Shown here piece by piece: positions 40,501 through 49,588 of a DNA stretch of 64,000 nucleotides. Where the stretch lies: the NCBI GenBank assembly GCA_051252375.1, contig JBPOFY010000003.1, positions 320,001 to 384,000 on the forward strand, written 5' to 3'. Source of the DNA: Opitutaceae bacterium (GTDB taxonomy: Bacteria; Verrucomicrobiota; Verrucomicrobiia; Opitutales; Coraliomargaritaceae). Each line of letters starts with the position of its first letter. The stretch's first letter is position 1. The notes beneath the pieces were generated by a model. It had not been told where the DNA came from. It was given only the letters and a program-made list of their open reading frames with translations, and ran no database searches. The position numbers were made by a program, and so were the translations under genes.

Positions 40501-41084
40501 GCGGACTTTGAGCGCACGGGGCTCTTGAGGCTGATGATGTCGGCTTCGATCAGGTGTGGATTCCGAATCTGTAGCTGGGCTTGGCTGCCATCGGCAGGGC
40601 TAGCGGTGATTTCGAAAGTCTTGATGGCTTCGAGCACGAAGGGGCGCGCTTTCTCGTAGTTGAAGGATTCGATCGGAAAGGTAACGGTGTGCCAGCCCTT
40701 GCCTGCGAGGCTGGTTTTGGAAATGAATTTGCTGACCACGGGCGCTTTGCCTTTCAGCGTCGGCGCGGTGAGCATTGCGGCGGTGATGTTCAGGTTTGCC
40801 TCGGTGGGATTATACAGCTCCAGACGCACGCCATACTGATCGCGCCAGTAACTGGAGCCGTCGTGCGCGGAAGCAAGCCCGACGCGATGCCAACCGACTT
40901 CACCGTCGGGGTAAGTGTAGCTGATTGTTGTAGCGCTTAGGAAGCTCCCTGTGGTCACCGTGCTTTCGCTGAGCCCATCCCAGCTATCAAGACCAGGCAA
41001 TGTCGCTGCAGTTAGGATGCTATTTGAAACAACTGATAGCAGAGTGAGTAGTGCGAGAGACAAGAGACGGCTACGATTTTTCAT
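37563..41084 (-). CDS. Secreted alginate-lyase-toroid / heparinase II/III-like polysaccharide lyase with accessory beta-sandwich domains
   Basis: Signal peptide; HPYIL, TGNWQ, DGWWYE.SIGY, GGYHGHFD (HxHxD), HNMVVVD. Confidence 0.75.
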   Translation of the reverse strand: MKNRSRLLSLALLTLLSVVSNSILTAATLPGLDSWDGLSESTVTTGSFLSATTISYTYPDGEVGWHRVGLASAHDGSSYWRDQYGVRLELYNPTEANLNITAAMLTAPTLKGKAPVVSKFISKTSLAGKGWHTVTFPIESFNYEKARPFVLEAIKTFEITASPADGSQAQLQIRNPHLIEADIISLKSPVRSKSAKGSDSVTYQLELTNCTDAPQAVTLSRIIRGREEVMATTLSPDSLTLAPGESQTCEVTVTMSERVPAGGRETQLIQAMANGRDAGQIEYITLSQMEHPYILHNKERWDDVREKAKTVEWAKKAAQEYIDKAEKWQVPAADHGKVSDRTHNVYLYRSSTERDCMDVAIAYQLTGEVKYAEKAAQYIRQLCDPTYGYPVTKQANNVNLVKEGAYFQYIAMTYDMIYDSGVFSAEDHANIEKTFRVFHEVIDQHITFGDTGNWQVAELIGCIYTALAIQDMAVVNRFIEGPMGFYDQISHGVMGDGWWYECSIGYNAWVSREFTQLAYAMQPWGVDYMHASFPATYSQEYNIPYADVEQRKQDYQGKPFQKWGPVHKPYIKITDMWDAMIPYIDYNGVMFAVNDSTEKKLDALDYEVAYFAYRDPKYAAILKNSTKRDLLYGVAELPADTPELGYGSAHSDNVGVTMLRSKAEGKAPREKIQAVLKYGTHGGYHGHFDRASLNSLMRYGRSFYNPEHIWYSYPNFMYAFFVQTSLPHNMVVVDMKQQEPVESSLILFSEGDLMQTTAVETNARWSAPPYGGLFYSTFKGNFQDKCWQEGRYMPQPENEPVYTAIGPYSDRVMQRRFLAVIDDYIVVADYLDAPEEHTYDHLYQIKGFMGIEAEELTLTHTTEQMNPDPILAAQLITDCDWYDATGTTKVSFETQFGKGADNAGTRLVGEDGVLKMDVYNAWPKEREVMIGTLPEAHWVNRKFWYSVMGDDQVLSEGKFGAWVLGRDEIDVSVEGIQTLTLQTKADFDERKSPKTLFWANAVIVTKDGKEIDLNELELNYDQIDSSPESGVDYKGGPVKIAGREFERTVPANPVKGNIDGTITIDLAGLNAARFKSFVGGDFPLGDETWRRKSLSFRSKGKQARFLTVIEPFENKAVVKSVTAESANALTVELNDGRTHVIQINGLEEGTNLTASIKEYKDGALVREEQHQDQ

Positions 41085-41210
41085 TTTGGGATAATAAGAA
41101 TGCCAATAGATTGTTGATCAGAGTGAATCAATGGGGGGAGGCACCGGTCGTGCAGTTACATTCTAATCTCCCAAGCTAAGCTGGGTGCTTTTAAACAGAA
41201 GAACCTGCAT

Positions 41211-41226
41211 AGTTACACTGGTAATT
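41211..41226. promoter_or_regulatory. Candidate operator AGTTACACTGGTAATT upstream of the lyase operon
   Basis: Imperfect dyad TTAC-N4-GTAA. Related copies at 42388..42403 (reverse strand, 13/16 identical) and 57928..57943 (12/16). Confidence 0.45.
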
Positions 41227-41288
41227 GGGTCTTTAGCTCATTTGCCGCTAACTTCCTAAGTTTGCGAATGCACTCTGTTGGATTGCTG

Positions 41289-42347
41289 CTAGGTCGTGGT
41301 CTCTTTGGGAGGGCAGGATGAACCTTGAACCCAGATCCCCTCGATCGCAGTTCGACGAATCGTTTGTGGTAGACCAGTTTCATTTTCGTTGATCAGACCT
41401 GCGAGTTTACTCACCGCCACTCTACCGATTTCGTGAGATTTTTGGTCGATTCCAGTGTCAAAATGAGCGTCCAGAACACTGGTGACAGCTACTGCGATGT
41501 CTTGAGGGACTTGTAACTGGAGTCGGTCCAGTATTTCTTTGACGATGGCTGTGCTGCTAAGGATCGCATCAGGGCGATAGCGGTTGAACCAAATCTGAAA
41601 TGCTTCGAAGCTCTCTTCTGGATCGTCGTTCTTGAAGAATAGGGGAGGTATATGTTGCTCCGGCTCTGAAAAGATGTCCTCTGCCGCCTTAAAACCGGCA
41701 CGTGTGTTGTGGCGAGTATTCTGATCGTGGATACTCTGTGAAACCATCCCGATTCGCCTATATCCATTTTCATGAATTTTCTGATATGCTAGCATCGCAT
41801 TGGCGACCATCTCGGATGTGACTAAATGCACTTTCGACTGACGCACACTATAGCCAAAGCGGACGATAGAAAACTGGCCCCAATCAAAACCTTGCAGGTT
41901 CATGCCTCCGGGGTGAGGCGGGATCAGTATTCCGCGGATATTTCTGGTTTTAAGAATGGTCAGTAGTCGTTCTCCGCTGAGATCTTCGGTAACACGAAAC
42001 TCTTCCAGTCGAAAACCAAGCTTACTGGCAGCATCCTTTGCACCGTTCCAGTAGGCATCGAACTCCTTGTAGCGACGCAAATCATCTTTATCGGCCCATT
42101 GGTTGATCCATGCCAAAGCGGAGTGGATGCCTTGATTGTCTTTCTGTTGACGATAGTTGGCGAGTGCGCTGAGCATCGGATCGGGCCTGTAACCCATACG
42201 GACGGCGGCTTCTTTGACTTCCTCTTTGCGCTTCTTAGAAATACGGGGAGAATCTCGCAGTGCTAATGAGACACTGACGTGGGAGATCCCTAATTCTTTT
42301 GCGATATCTCGCAGTGAGACTCGATAATTGGGTTCTTTCGAAGACAT
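41289..42347 (-). CDS. LacI-family transcriptional regulator
   Basis: VSLRDIAKELGISHVSVSLAL HTH; likely start at the ATG at 42347. Confidence 0.93.
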   Translation of the reverse strand: MSSKEPNYRVSLRDIAKELGISHVSVSLALRDSPRISKKRKEEVKEAAVRMGYRPDPMLSALANYRQQKDNQGIHSALAWINQWADKDDLRRYKEFDAYWNGAKDAASKLGFRLEEFRVTEDLSGERLLTILKTRNIRGILIPPHPGGMNLQGFDWGQFSIVRFGYSVRQSKVHLVTSEMVANAMLAYQKIHENGYRRIGMVSQSIHDQNTRHNTRAGFKAAEDIFSEPEQHIPPLFFKNDDPEESFEAFQIWFNRYRPDAILSSTAIVKEILDRLQLQVPQDIAVAVTSVLDAHFDTGIDQKSHEIGRVAVSKLAGLINENETGLPQTIRRTAIEGIWVQGSSCPPKETTT

Positions 42348-42436
42348 GATTCGATCTATACGTTGGGTCAATATGAAGTCAAGGGAGGGTTTCCAGTGTA
42401 ACTCTGTGTGTTTGCAGAATAACAAGCGGACCATAT

Positions 42437-42460
42437 ACCAAATCGTCTAGACGATTTGGT
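42437..42460. promoter_or_regulatory. Perfect 24-bp palindrome between divergent LacI genes
   Basis: ACCAAATCGTCTAGACGATTTGGT equals its own reverse complement. Confidence 0.6.
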
Positions 42461-42525
42461 TGCTAATAATTCTTCGTTACATTTCTCTATTGTGAGATAT
42501 AGAGTCATAACTGAATCGCCCCAAC

Positions 42526-43563
42526 ATGGATAAAAAGCCTATAACGCAGAAGGATATCGCCCAACATTTGGGCTTGGATCATTCGACTGTCTCTCTCGCT
42601 TTGCGGAATAGTAAGAAGATTTCTGAAGCGAAGCGTGAACTGATCCTAAAGACTGCAGCAGAAATGGGGTATCGTTTGAATGCAGCAGCTGCTAATTTAG
42701 CGAAGCATCGTTCCACATCATCAGAGGCTCCAGTCAAAGCTTCCCTGGCATGGCTAAATTGTTGGAGCAATCCAAAGGAATTGCTTCAGTATCGTGAATT
42801 TCAGCTTTATTGGGAAGGTGCGAGAGAAACAGCTTCTCGTCTTGGATATAGCTTGGAAGAATTCATCGTGGAGAAGGAGATGACTTTGGAGCGAGTTGAG
42901 CGCATTATGCTGGCTCGTGGGATCAAGGGCATTCTATTGCCGCCACATCCGAGGCGTGATACCTTTAAAGGGATCGATTGGAACCAATTTTCTGTGCTAC
43001 GTTTTGGACGTTCGATTCAATATCCTCTAGCGCATATGATCAGTGCCGATCAGGTGGGCAATATGATCTGTGCGTATCATGAAGCTCTGAAGCGTGGCTA
43101 TCGGCGGATAGGCATGGCTGGACGACCTATGGAGGAGCATTGGAACAACTTCGACGCGGGGTATCTCAAAGCCCAAGACCTAAATGCTGAGAAGAATCGT
43201 ATCCCTATTTTTAGTGTGCTTGAGAAGAATCCATTGTCGCAATTGGTTGAATTTAAAGAGTGGCTGGAAACGTGGCAGATCGATGCGATCATTTCTGCAA
43301 CCGGAGGTGTGAGCACTATGTTGAAGGCTGCCAATTACGAGATCGGCACCGATATCGGTTTGGCGACTATGAGTGTTCTGGATACTAGTATCGATGCTGG
43401 TATTTATCAAAATTCTGATGAGATTGGTCGAGTCGCGGCGCTGTCTTTGATCTCACAAATTCAGGATAACGATACCGGTGTTCCAAAGCTATTTCGTAAA
43501 ACACTCGTGCAAGGTGCTTGGGTCGATGGGAAGTCGCTTCCCGATCGTAGTCGTTCAGTTTAG
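42526..43563 (+). CDS. LacI-family transcriptional regulator
   Basis: ITQKDIAQHLGLDHSTVSLAL HTH; paralog of the other two LacI proteins. Confidence 0.93.
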   Translation: MDKKPITQKDIAQHLGLDHSTVSLALRNSKKISEAKRELILKTAAEMGYRLNAAAANLAKHRSTSSEAPVKASLAWLNCWSNPKELLQYREFQLYWEGARETASRLGYSLEEFIVEKEMTLERVERIMLARGIKGILLPPHPRRDTFKGIDWNQFSVLRFGRSIQYPLAHMISADQVGNMICAYHEALKRGYRRIGMAGRPMEEHWNNFDAGYLKAQDLNAEKNRIPIFSVLEKNPLSQLVEFKEWLETWQIDAIISATGGVSTMLKAANYEIGTDIGLATMSVLDTSIDAGIYQNSDEIGRVAALSLISQIQDNDTGVPKLFRKTLVQGAWVDGKSLPDRSRSV

Positions 43564-43587
43564 AATAACGACAATGTGGTCTCGCAA

Positions 43588-45090
43588 CTACTTCTTCGGT
43601 TTAACCGAACCGGCGCTCAAGGCATAAGGGTCGTGCGGGTGGTTTTTGGGCCAGATAGCACGAGGCTGATTTGCTTGATTGATATGGATTTGAGAACCTA
43701 GGTAGCGGGATGTCATCAACCAATCCATTGTCTCGGCTTTTAGTTCGAAGATTTCCTGTTTGTAGTCTGGGTGATCCACGACGTTATTTTCCTCCCAAGG
43801 GTCTTCGTCTAAATTGAAATATTCTGCGGTGTTCTGACCTGCGTAGTGGATGAGTTTACGATCTTTTGTGCGCACCATCGTGAGGTAGTTGTCTTCACAA
43901 TACACACGGTCCGGCGCTTCGCTGGCGTCGCCTTCACTGAGACGTTTCCAATTGCTACGACCATCCAGTCGTTGTGGCACTTCTAGACCGAGGGCGGTCA
44001 ATACTGTCGGACCGATATCGATCTGCGAGAAGAGGTCGCTGTCGATACTATTGCCGCGTTCAGCTCCTGGCAGGCGAGCGATCATGGGCACGTTGACGAC
44101 TTGTTCGGTCATCAGCCACTTGTAGATCATCTCGTGGTCGCCTAGATTATCTCCGTGGTCGGTGGTGAAAAGAATCAGTGTGTTGTCGAGTAGCCCTTTT
44201 TGCTCGATGCAGTCGAGTAGGTGTCCGATCTGTTCATCGATCTGCGTGATGCAGGCATAGTAGTGCCTACGCATGCGCCTAAAGTCGTCGTCGTTCTTAC
44301 CTGTAAAGTCACTGGCCCATGCGCCGTAGGGAGGTGAGATGTGAAACTTGTTTGGATTGCGTGTCGCTTCCATGAAGCGCTCATACTGCGGAGGCCGTGC
44401 ACGGAGACCGTCTTTGTCGAAGTGCGGTAGTGGCACATCACGGTCGGCATACATATCGAGGAAACGTTGCGGTGGATCGAACGGGTCGTGCGGTCCTTGA
44501 AAACCAATGTGCAGGTAGAAAGGTTTATCACCGTCGTAGTCGTCGACCCATTGCTTCGCCATGCGGCCGACGTATTGGTCGACGTGATACTTCTCTTCGA
44601 GCGGAAAGACATCCGAGGTGCATTTTTCCAGCCACTTGCCATCCTGTGTCAGCAGTTTGCAGGGGCTTTCTTGTCCTTCGGACTTTAAGTAGTTGGCGTA
44701 GTCATCGTATGGCAAATTATAGTCAGGGAAGTTCTCGGTGTAGACGCGTTCGTCAAAGCCCATCATCGCATCACCGGGGATGTGATGGACTTTACCGATG
44801 GCAGCGGTGCGGTAACCCGCATCTTTAATATCATCGACCCAACTGCGGTTGTGCGCCCACTCATCGAAGGCATAGCAACCGGTGTTATGCGCATACATGC
44901 CTGTGTAGAATGCGGCACGCGAAGCCACACAGGTAGCGGCAGGGCAGTAAGCCTGCGTTAAACTCACACCTTCGTTGACTAGCCGATCCATGTTCGGCGT
45001 GATCATATGTGGATTGCCCAGCGCAGCGATTGTATCGCTGCGCTGCTGATCCGTCTTGATGACGATAATGTTCCTAGGAGTTGTCGGCAT
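43588..45090 (-). CDS. S1 sulfatase, no signal peptide
   Basis: DQQR, TPNMDRL, CVASRAAFYTG, GKVH, GPHDP, TDHGDNLG. Confidence 0.95.
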   Translation of the reverse strand: MPTTPRNIIVIKTDQQRSDTIAALGNPHMITPNMDRLVNEGVSLTQAYCPAATCVASRAAFYTGMYAHNTGCYAFDEWAHNRSWVDDIKDAGYRTAAIGKVHHIPGDAMMGFDERVYTENFPDYNLPYDDYANYLKSEGQESPCKLLTQDGKWLEKCTSDVFPLEEKYHVDQYVGRMAKQWVDDYDGDKPFYLHIGFQGPHDPFDPPQRFLDMYADRDVPLPHFDKDGLRARPPQYERFMEATRNPNKFHISPPYGAWASDFTGKNDDDFRRMRRHYYACITQIDEQIGHLLDCIEQKGLLDNTLILFTTDHGDNLGDHEMIYKWLMTEQVVNVPMIARLPGAERGNSIDSDLFSQIDIGPTVLTALGLEVPQRLDGRSNWKRLSEGDASEAPDRVYCEDNYLTMVRTKDRKLIHYAGQNTAEYFNLDEDPWEENNVVDHPDYKQEIFELKAETMDWLMTSRYLGSQIHINQANQPRAIWPKNHPHDPYALSAGSVKPKK

Positions 45091-45115
45091 CTGGTGATCG
45101 ATTTGCTATGTTCGA

Positions 45116-46903
45116 TTATGCTTCGACATGCACAGGCTTTTTACGCGCGATAGAACGAAGGAGTAGGCCGACGAGTATAATCACGCCACCGCAGGCAAAA
45201 ATCAGCATACGATCGCTCATTTCATTCGGGACGGCGATGAGCAGCAGAGTGAGTCCTCCGTAAACGAGGCAAAGGTTGCTCAATACACTGTATTGACGAC
45301 GGTCGCTTTCGTAATCCGGCTCATGTTCGGTGGAGCGGTCGATTGGTGTATTCATTTCTTCAATGAAATCATCCACTTGATCCTTATACTCCTGGCTGGA
45401 ATACTTATGGAAAATACTCGTGAAGAAGAACCAAGCGCTACAGGAGACAAAAATGACTCCGGTTGTCACTGCAATCTTTAGGTCGCCAGTCTCTTGTCCA
45501 TTCAATGGTAAGTCAGGATCCCAGTTGGCACTGATGTAATCGCTGAGTCCCCATTGGCTAAATCCAAGGTGAAGGAATACCGAGACGACGAAGCCCACAA
45601 TCATCGTGCTCCAACCGGACCAAGCGGGCACTTTTTTTACAAACATACCGTAGAGTAGGGGCAGTGCTGCTGGTAGCCCGATGGCTGCTGTGGATAGGAG
45701 AATCAGATCGAATAGCTTGAGGCCTTTGATCTGTGAAAACAGCATAGCAACGGTGATCCAGATAATGCCGTAAACTAGAATGAAAATTCGTCCTACTAGG
45801 ATCTGCTTTATTTCGCTCGCCTCTTTGTCGACCACGCGAATCCAGAAGTTACGCACAAAGCCTCCCGAGAATACATTCAATAGACTGTTCATTGATGTGA
45901 GGCTGGCTGCGAATATGCCGCACACCAACAGGCCGAGTAGTCCCTGCGGAAGTAGTTCGATCGCGATGGCGACATAGGCGCCTTCGTTCGGGTTGTTCAG
46001 CCCTGCATATTGTTCCATGCTGGCCAAATCAGGGAAGATGATAGCAGCACCGAGCGCTGGGATGATCCAGATCAAAGGTAAGACCAAGAAACCGACCACG
46101 GATACCCAAGCGGCCAGTCTCGCTTCACGGCCATCTTTGACGAATAGATAGCGTGCAGCACCGGTCTGCATACTGTTGGCAAAGATGATTTGGTTGATCA
46201 GCAGAAGTATCGAGAAAACAATGATCACGCTTGGGCGTTCAAATAGCGTCCAGTCTGTATGGTGGACTGGCATCTTCTCGATCAAGCCGCTGAGGCCGCC
46301 GATCTTTTCATGTCCGAGGGTGAGGATCGCCATAATGACGGTAATCACCAGCACGACCAACATTTGCACAAAGTCTCCCGAGGTCGCGGCCCAAGAACCT
46401 CCCATTAGGGTCATGGCGATGGTGACGGCGCCTAGGATGAGAATGATCAACTTCATATCCATACCGAATACACCCGACATGAAGACGGAGATCGTATAGA
46501 GCATGATACCGCCGAAGAAGCAGTTGAAGAAGAGCGGTAGCCAATTGAAGATTTGCTCGCTGGAGTTACCAAAACGTTTACGAATCGCTTCGATCGCGGT
46601 AATGACACGCATTTGGCGGAAGCGATGCACGGTGAATATCACTGTCGTCAAGGTTGCCACAGCATTACAGGCAAAAAGGATCAGGAAGAAGGTGCCTGTT
46701 TCATAGGCTTTCCCCGCGCCGCCAGTAAAGGACCAAGCGGAGAAGGAGTTCATGAAGGCACTACTGCCGACGACCCACCAGAGCATGCCGCCTCCACCTC
46801 GGAAGAAGTCGCTGGAGTTTTTACTGAAGCTCTTATAGATCGGTCCTAGCGATAGCATGAAGACAAGGTAGACGCCGATGACGATATAGTCGTAGATACT
46901 CAT
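45116..46903 (-). CDS. Sodium:solute symporter (SSS family)
   Basis: About 14 TM helices; DFFRGGG.M.WW, FSAWSFTG..G.AY, GDFVQ, LLPQGLLGL. Confidence 0.92.
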   Translation of the reverse strand: MSIYDYIVIGVYLVFMLSLGPIYKSFSKNSSDFFRGGGGMLWWVVGSSAFMNSFSAWSFTGGAGKAYETGTFFLILFACNAVATLTTVIFTVHRFRQMRVITAIEAIRKRFGNSSEQIFNWLPLFFNCFFGGIMLYTISVFMSGVFGMDMKLIILILGAVTIAMTLMGGSWAATSGDFVQMLVVLVITVIMAILTLGHEKIGGLSGLIEKMPVHHTDWTLFERPSVIIVFSILLLINQIIFANSMQTGAARYLFVKDGREARLAAWVSVVGFLVLPLIWIIPALGAAIIFPDLASMEQYAGLNNPNEGAYVAIAIELLPQGLLGLLVCGIFAASLTSMNSLLNVFSGGFVRNFWIRVVDKEASEIKQILVGRIFILVYGIIWITVAMLFSQIKGLKLFDLILLSTAAIGLPAALPLLYGMFVKKVPAWSGWSTMIVGFVVSVFLHLGFSQWGLSDYISANWDPDLPLNGQETGDLKIAVTTGVIFVSCSAWFFFTSIFHKYSSQEYKDQVDDFIEEMNTPIDRSTEHEPDYESDRRQYSVLSNLCLVYGGLTLLLIAVPNEMSDRMLIFACGGVIILVGLLLRSIARKKPVHVEA

Positions 46904-46972
46904 GGATTTTTAATTTTATGGAAATCGCAGAAATGAACCGCAGATAATGATTCGTTGCTGAATGGTGGGGGA

Positions 46973-49585
46973 TCAGATTGAAGCCGATTCAACTCGAAGC
47001 GGGATAGATTGGCGAATGTCTGTAGATGAGGAACCAAGCTGCACTTCAAAGCTGCCCGAATCAACTACGTAGTCTTGAGCTTTTTCGCACCAGTAGCGTA
47101 GAGCGCTAATAGGAAACTCAATTTCGACGTTCTCTTGTTGTCCCGCGGCGACTGAGACGCGTTTGAATGCGGCGAGACTGTGGATCGGTTGCGGCACGTT
47201 GGAGTCGAGGTGCTTCACGTAGAGTTGCACGACTTCGGTGCCGTTGACGCTACCAGTATTGCTCAATGTAAACTGCACGCGAACCGTTGCATCTGCAGCA
47301 TAGCTCTCGGCTTCGGTTTGCAATGAGCCATAGTCGAACTCGGTGTAGCTGAGTCCGTGACCGAAAGCGTAGAGTGGGGCGCCGCCGAAGAAACGGTATG
47401 TCCGGTTGGCCATGCTATAGTCATGGTAGTGTGGCAGGTCTACGGTCGAGCGGTAGAAGGTCAGCGGTAGTTTGCCGGATGGGTTGCATTGACCGAAGAG
47501 GACATTGGCCACGGCGGTGCCGGCAGCTTGACCTGGATACCAAGCTTGTAAGATGGCGGGTAGGTTTTCCGCTTCCCATGGGAAAGCGATCGCGCCGCCG
47601 CTACAATTGATAAAGACGACTGGCTTACCTGTGGCGTGTAGTGCTTTTAGCAGGGCGGTCTGCACCGGTGGCAACTCGATGAAGGTGCGATCACCGCCAT
47701 TGAAGCCTTCCATGTTGACTGGCATCTCTTCGCCTTCGAGTTCGCCGCTGATGCCGCCAAAGTAGAGCACCACGTCGGCGTCTGCTGCGATAGCCAGTGC
47801 ATTTTCAAAGATAGATGGATCGATCTCGCGGTTCGCTTTCGGCAGTGCGAGCGGGCAGCCTTCGGCGCTGGCGATTTCGACGGCATCGCCGAGTTCGTCT
47901 TGGAGACCTTTTAAGAAAGTAACGGGTGCTGATGGGTCGCCGTGGTAGTTGCCGAGTAGCGCAGGAACGGAATCGGCATTGGCACCGATGACGGCGATCT
48001 TCTTGAGCTGGGACTTATCCAGTGGCAAGATGCCTTCATTCTTGAGCAGCACGAGCGATTCTTCGGTCGCCTTCAGCGCGAGTGCCTGATGCGCTGGCGA
48101 GTCGTTTTGATCGGGAGTGATATTGGACCACGAAATAGATGCCACTGGATCGAACATACCCAGTCGGAAACGTGTGCGGATCAATCGGTGTAGCGCCAAG
48201 TCGATTTCTTCGTCGTTGATACGCCCCTCCTTACGTGCGGTGAGCAGGCTGCCGTAGGTGACCCCGCAATCGAGATCGCAGCCGGCTTTGACCGCGCGGG
48301 CGACCGCTTCTTCGGCGGTTTCCACTTTACGGTGGTGCGCATAGACACTGCGAATCGCGCCGCAGTCGGCTACGACGTGACCGTCAAATCCCCATTTCTC
48401 GCGGAGTAATTCGGTGAGCAGGAAGTAGTTGGTGTTGCAGGGCTCTTCGTAGAGACTGTTGTAAGCGCCCATGACAGCTTCGACGCCTGCCTCGCAAACA
48501 GCGGCTTCGAATTGTGGGAGATAGGTTTCGTAGAGGTCGCGCTGTGAGGGCTCGACATCAAAGGAACGACGACCGGGCTCGGGGCCACTATGCACTGCGT
48601 AGTGCTTCGCGCAGGCGGCAACCTTTAGGCAGTTTTCATCATCACCCTGTAGGCCCTTGATAAATTCAACGCCGAGTCGAGCAGTGAGGTAGGGGTCTTC
48701 ACCGTAGCTTTCTTGACCGCGGCCCCAACGTGGATCGCGGAAGAGGTTGATGGTTGGGCTCCACATCGTGAGGCCTTGATTGCGATGGTAGGTGTGGACC
48801 TTGCCCAGTTCATTAAACTTAGCGCGCGCCTCAGTTGAAATGGCATCGGCGATGTCGTGCATGAGCGCGGCATTCCACATGGCCGCCATACCAGTGGCTT
48901 GTGGGAAGACCGTTGCGTAGCCATTGCGAGCGACGCCGTGTAAGCATTCGTTCCAATAGTCGTAGCCGGGCACGTCGAGGCGCTCGATGTGACCAGCTGC
49001 GTTGACGAGCTGGTCGATCTTTTCCTTCACCGACATGCGTCGAATCAAGTCGTCGACGCGAGCTTCAATTGGATGGCTTGGGTCGTTGTAGATCGGCGAT
49101 TCTTTGACCTCAGGTATGATGCTGGCCGTAGGGTCGACCGCGTCTGCGAGGTCTTTGGCATAGGCGTGGGCAACGATTTGACCTGCGCTATCTTTGACCG
49201 TGATCAAGTTGAATTTAGCTTCTTGGATTGTGCCGATAAAGCTGAGTGCCAGTGGGCCACGCTGGGCGTCGCCGAGGTGTTCGACTTCGCCGGAAACTTT
49301 ACATGGGCGACGGAAACCGCCTGACTCTTTTACGATATCAAGATCCTCTGCCAACATGACCTTGCCGGACTTGATCGACATCACACGCTGTCCCACTTCA
49401 TCGAGCACGGCTTCGACGAAATCGACTTCGATTGTGTAGATACCGGGTTCTAGACCTGGTGCTGAAGCGATGAAGGAAATGCCTGAAATTTCTTCGAGAT
49501 AAATGTCCGGATCTCTTTCGTCAAACGCGCCAAGCGTCTTCGAGTGACGTATATCACCGCTTATTTGAAATTGTGCTTTGATCAT
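46973..49585 (-). CDS. GH3 beta-xylosidase/glucosidase with an N-terminal malectin-like domain
   Basis: WNECLHGVAR, RDPRWGRGQESYGEDP, KHYAVH, VVADCG (nucleophile), EGEE, and an FN3-like tail. N-terminal YTIEVDFVE..GQRV..DIVKESGG resembles malectin. Confidence 0.92.
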   Translation of the reverse strand: MIKAQFQISGDIRHSKTLGAFDERDPDIYLEEISGISFIASAPGLEPGIYTIEVDFVEAVLDEVGQRVMSIKSGKVMLAEDLDIVKESGGFRRPCKVSGEVEHLGDAQRGPLALSFIGTIQEAKFNLITVKDSAGQIVAHAYAKDLADAVDPTASIIPEVKESPIYNDPSHPIEARVDDLIRRMSVKEKIDQLVNAAGHIERLDVPGYDYWNECLHGVARNGYATVFPQATGMAAMWNAALMHDIADAISTEARAKFNELGKVHTYHRNQGLTMWSPTINLFRDPRWGRGQESYGEDPYLTARLGVEFIKGLQGDDENCLKVAACAKHYAVHSGPEPGRRSFDVEPSQRDLYETYLPQFEAAVCEAGVEAVMGAYNSLYEEPCNTNYFLLTELLREKWGFDGHVVADCGAIRSVYAHHRKVETAEEAVARAVKAGCDLDCGVTYGSLLTARKEGRINDEEIDLALHRLIRTRFRLGMFDPVASISWSNITPDQNDSPAHQALALKATEESLVLLKNEGILPLDKSQLKKIAVIGANADSVPALLGNYHGDPSAPVTFLKGLQDELGDAVEIASAEGCPLALPKANREIDPSIFENALAIAADADVVLYFGGISGELEGEEMPVNMEGFNGGDRTFIELPPVQTALLKALHATGKPVVFINCSGGAIAFPWEAENLPAILQAWYPGQAAGTAVANVLFGQCNPSGKLPLTFYRSTVDLPHYHDYSMANRTYRFFGGAPLYAFGHGLSYTEFDYGSLQTEAESYAADATVRVQFTLSNTGSVNGTEVVQLYVKHLDSNVPQPIHSLAAFKRVSVAAGQQENVEIEFPISALRYWCEKAQDYVVDSGSFEVQLGSSSTDIRQSIPLRVESASI

Positions 49586-49588
49586 CGA

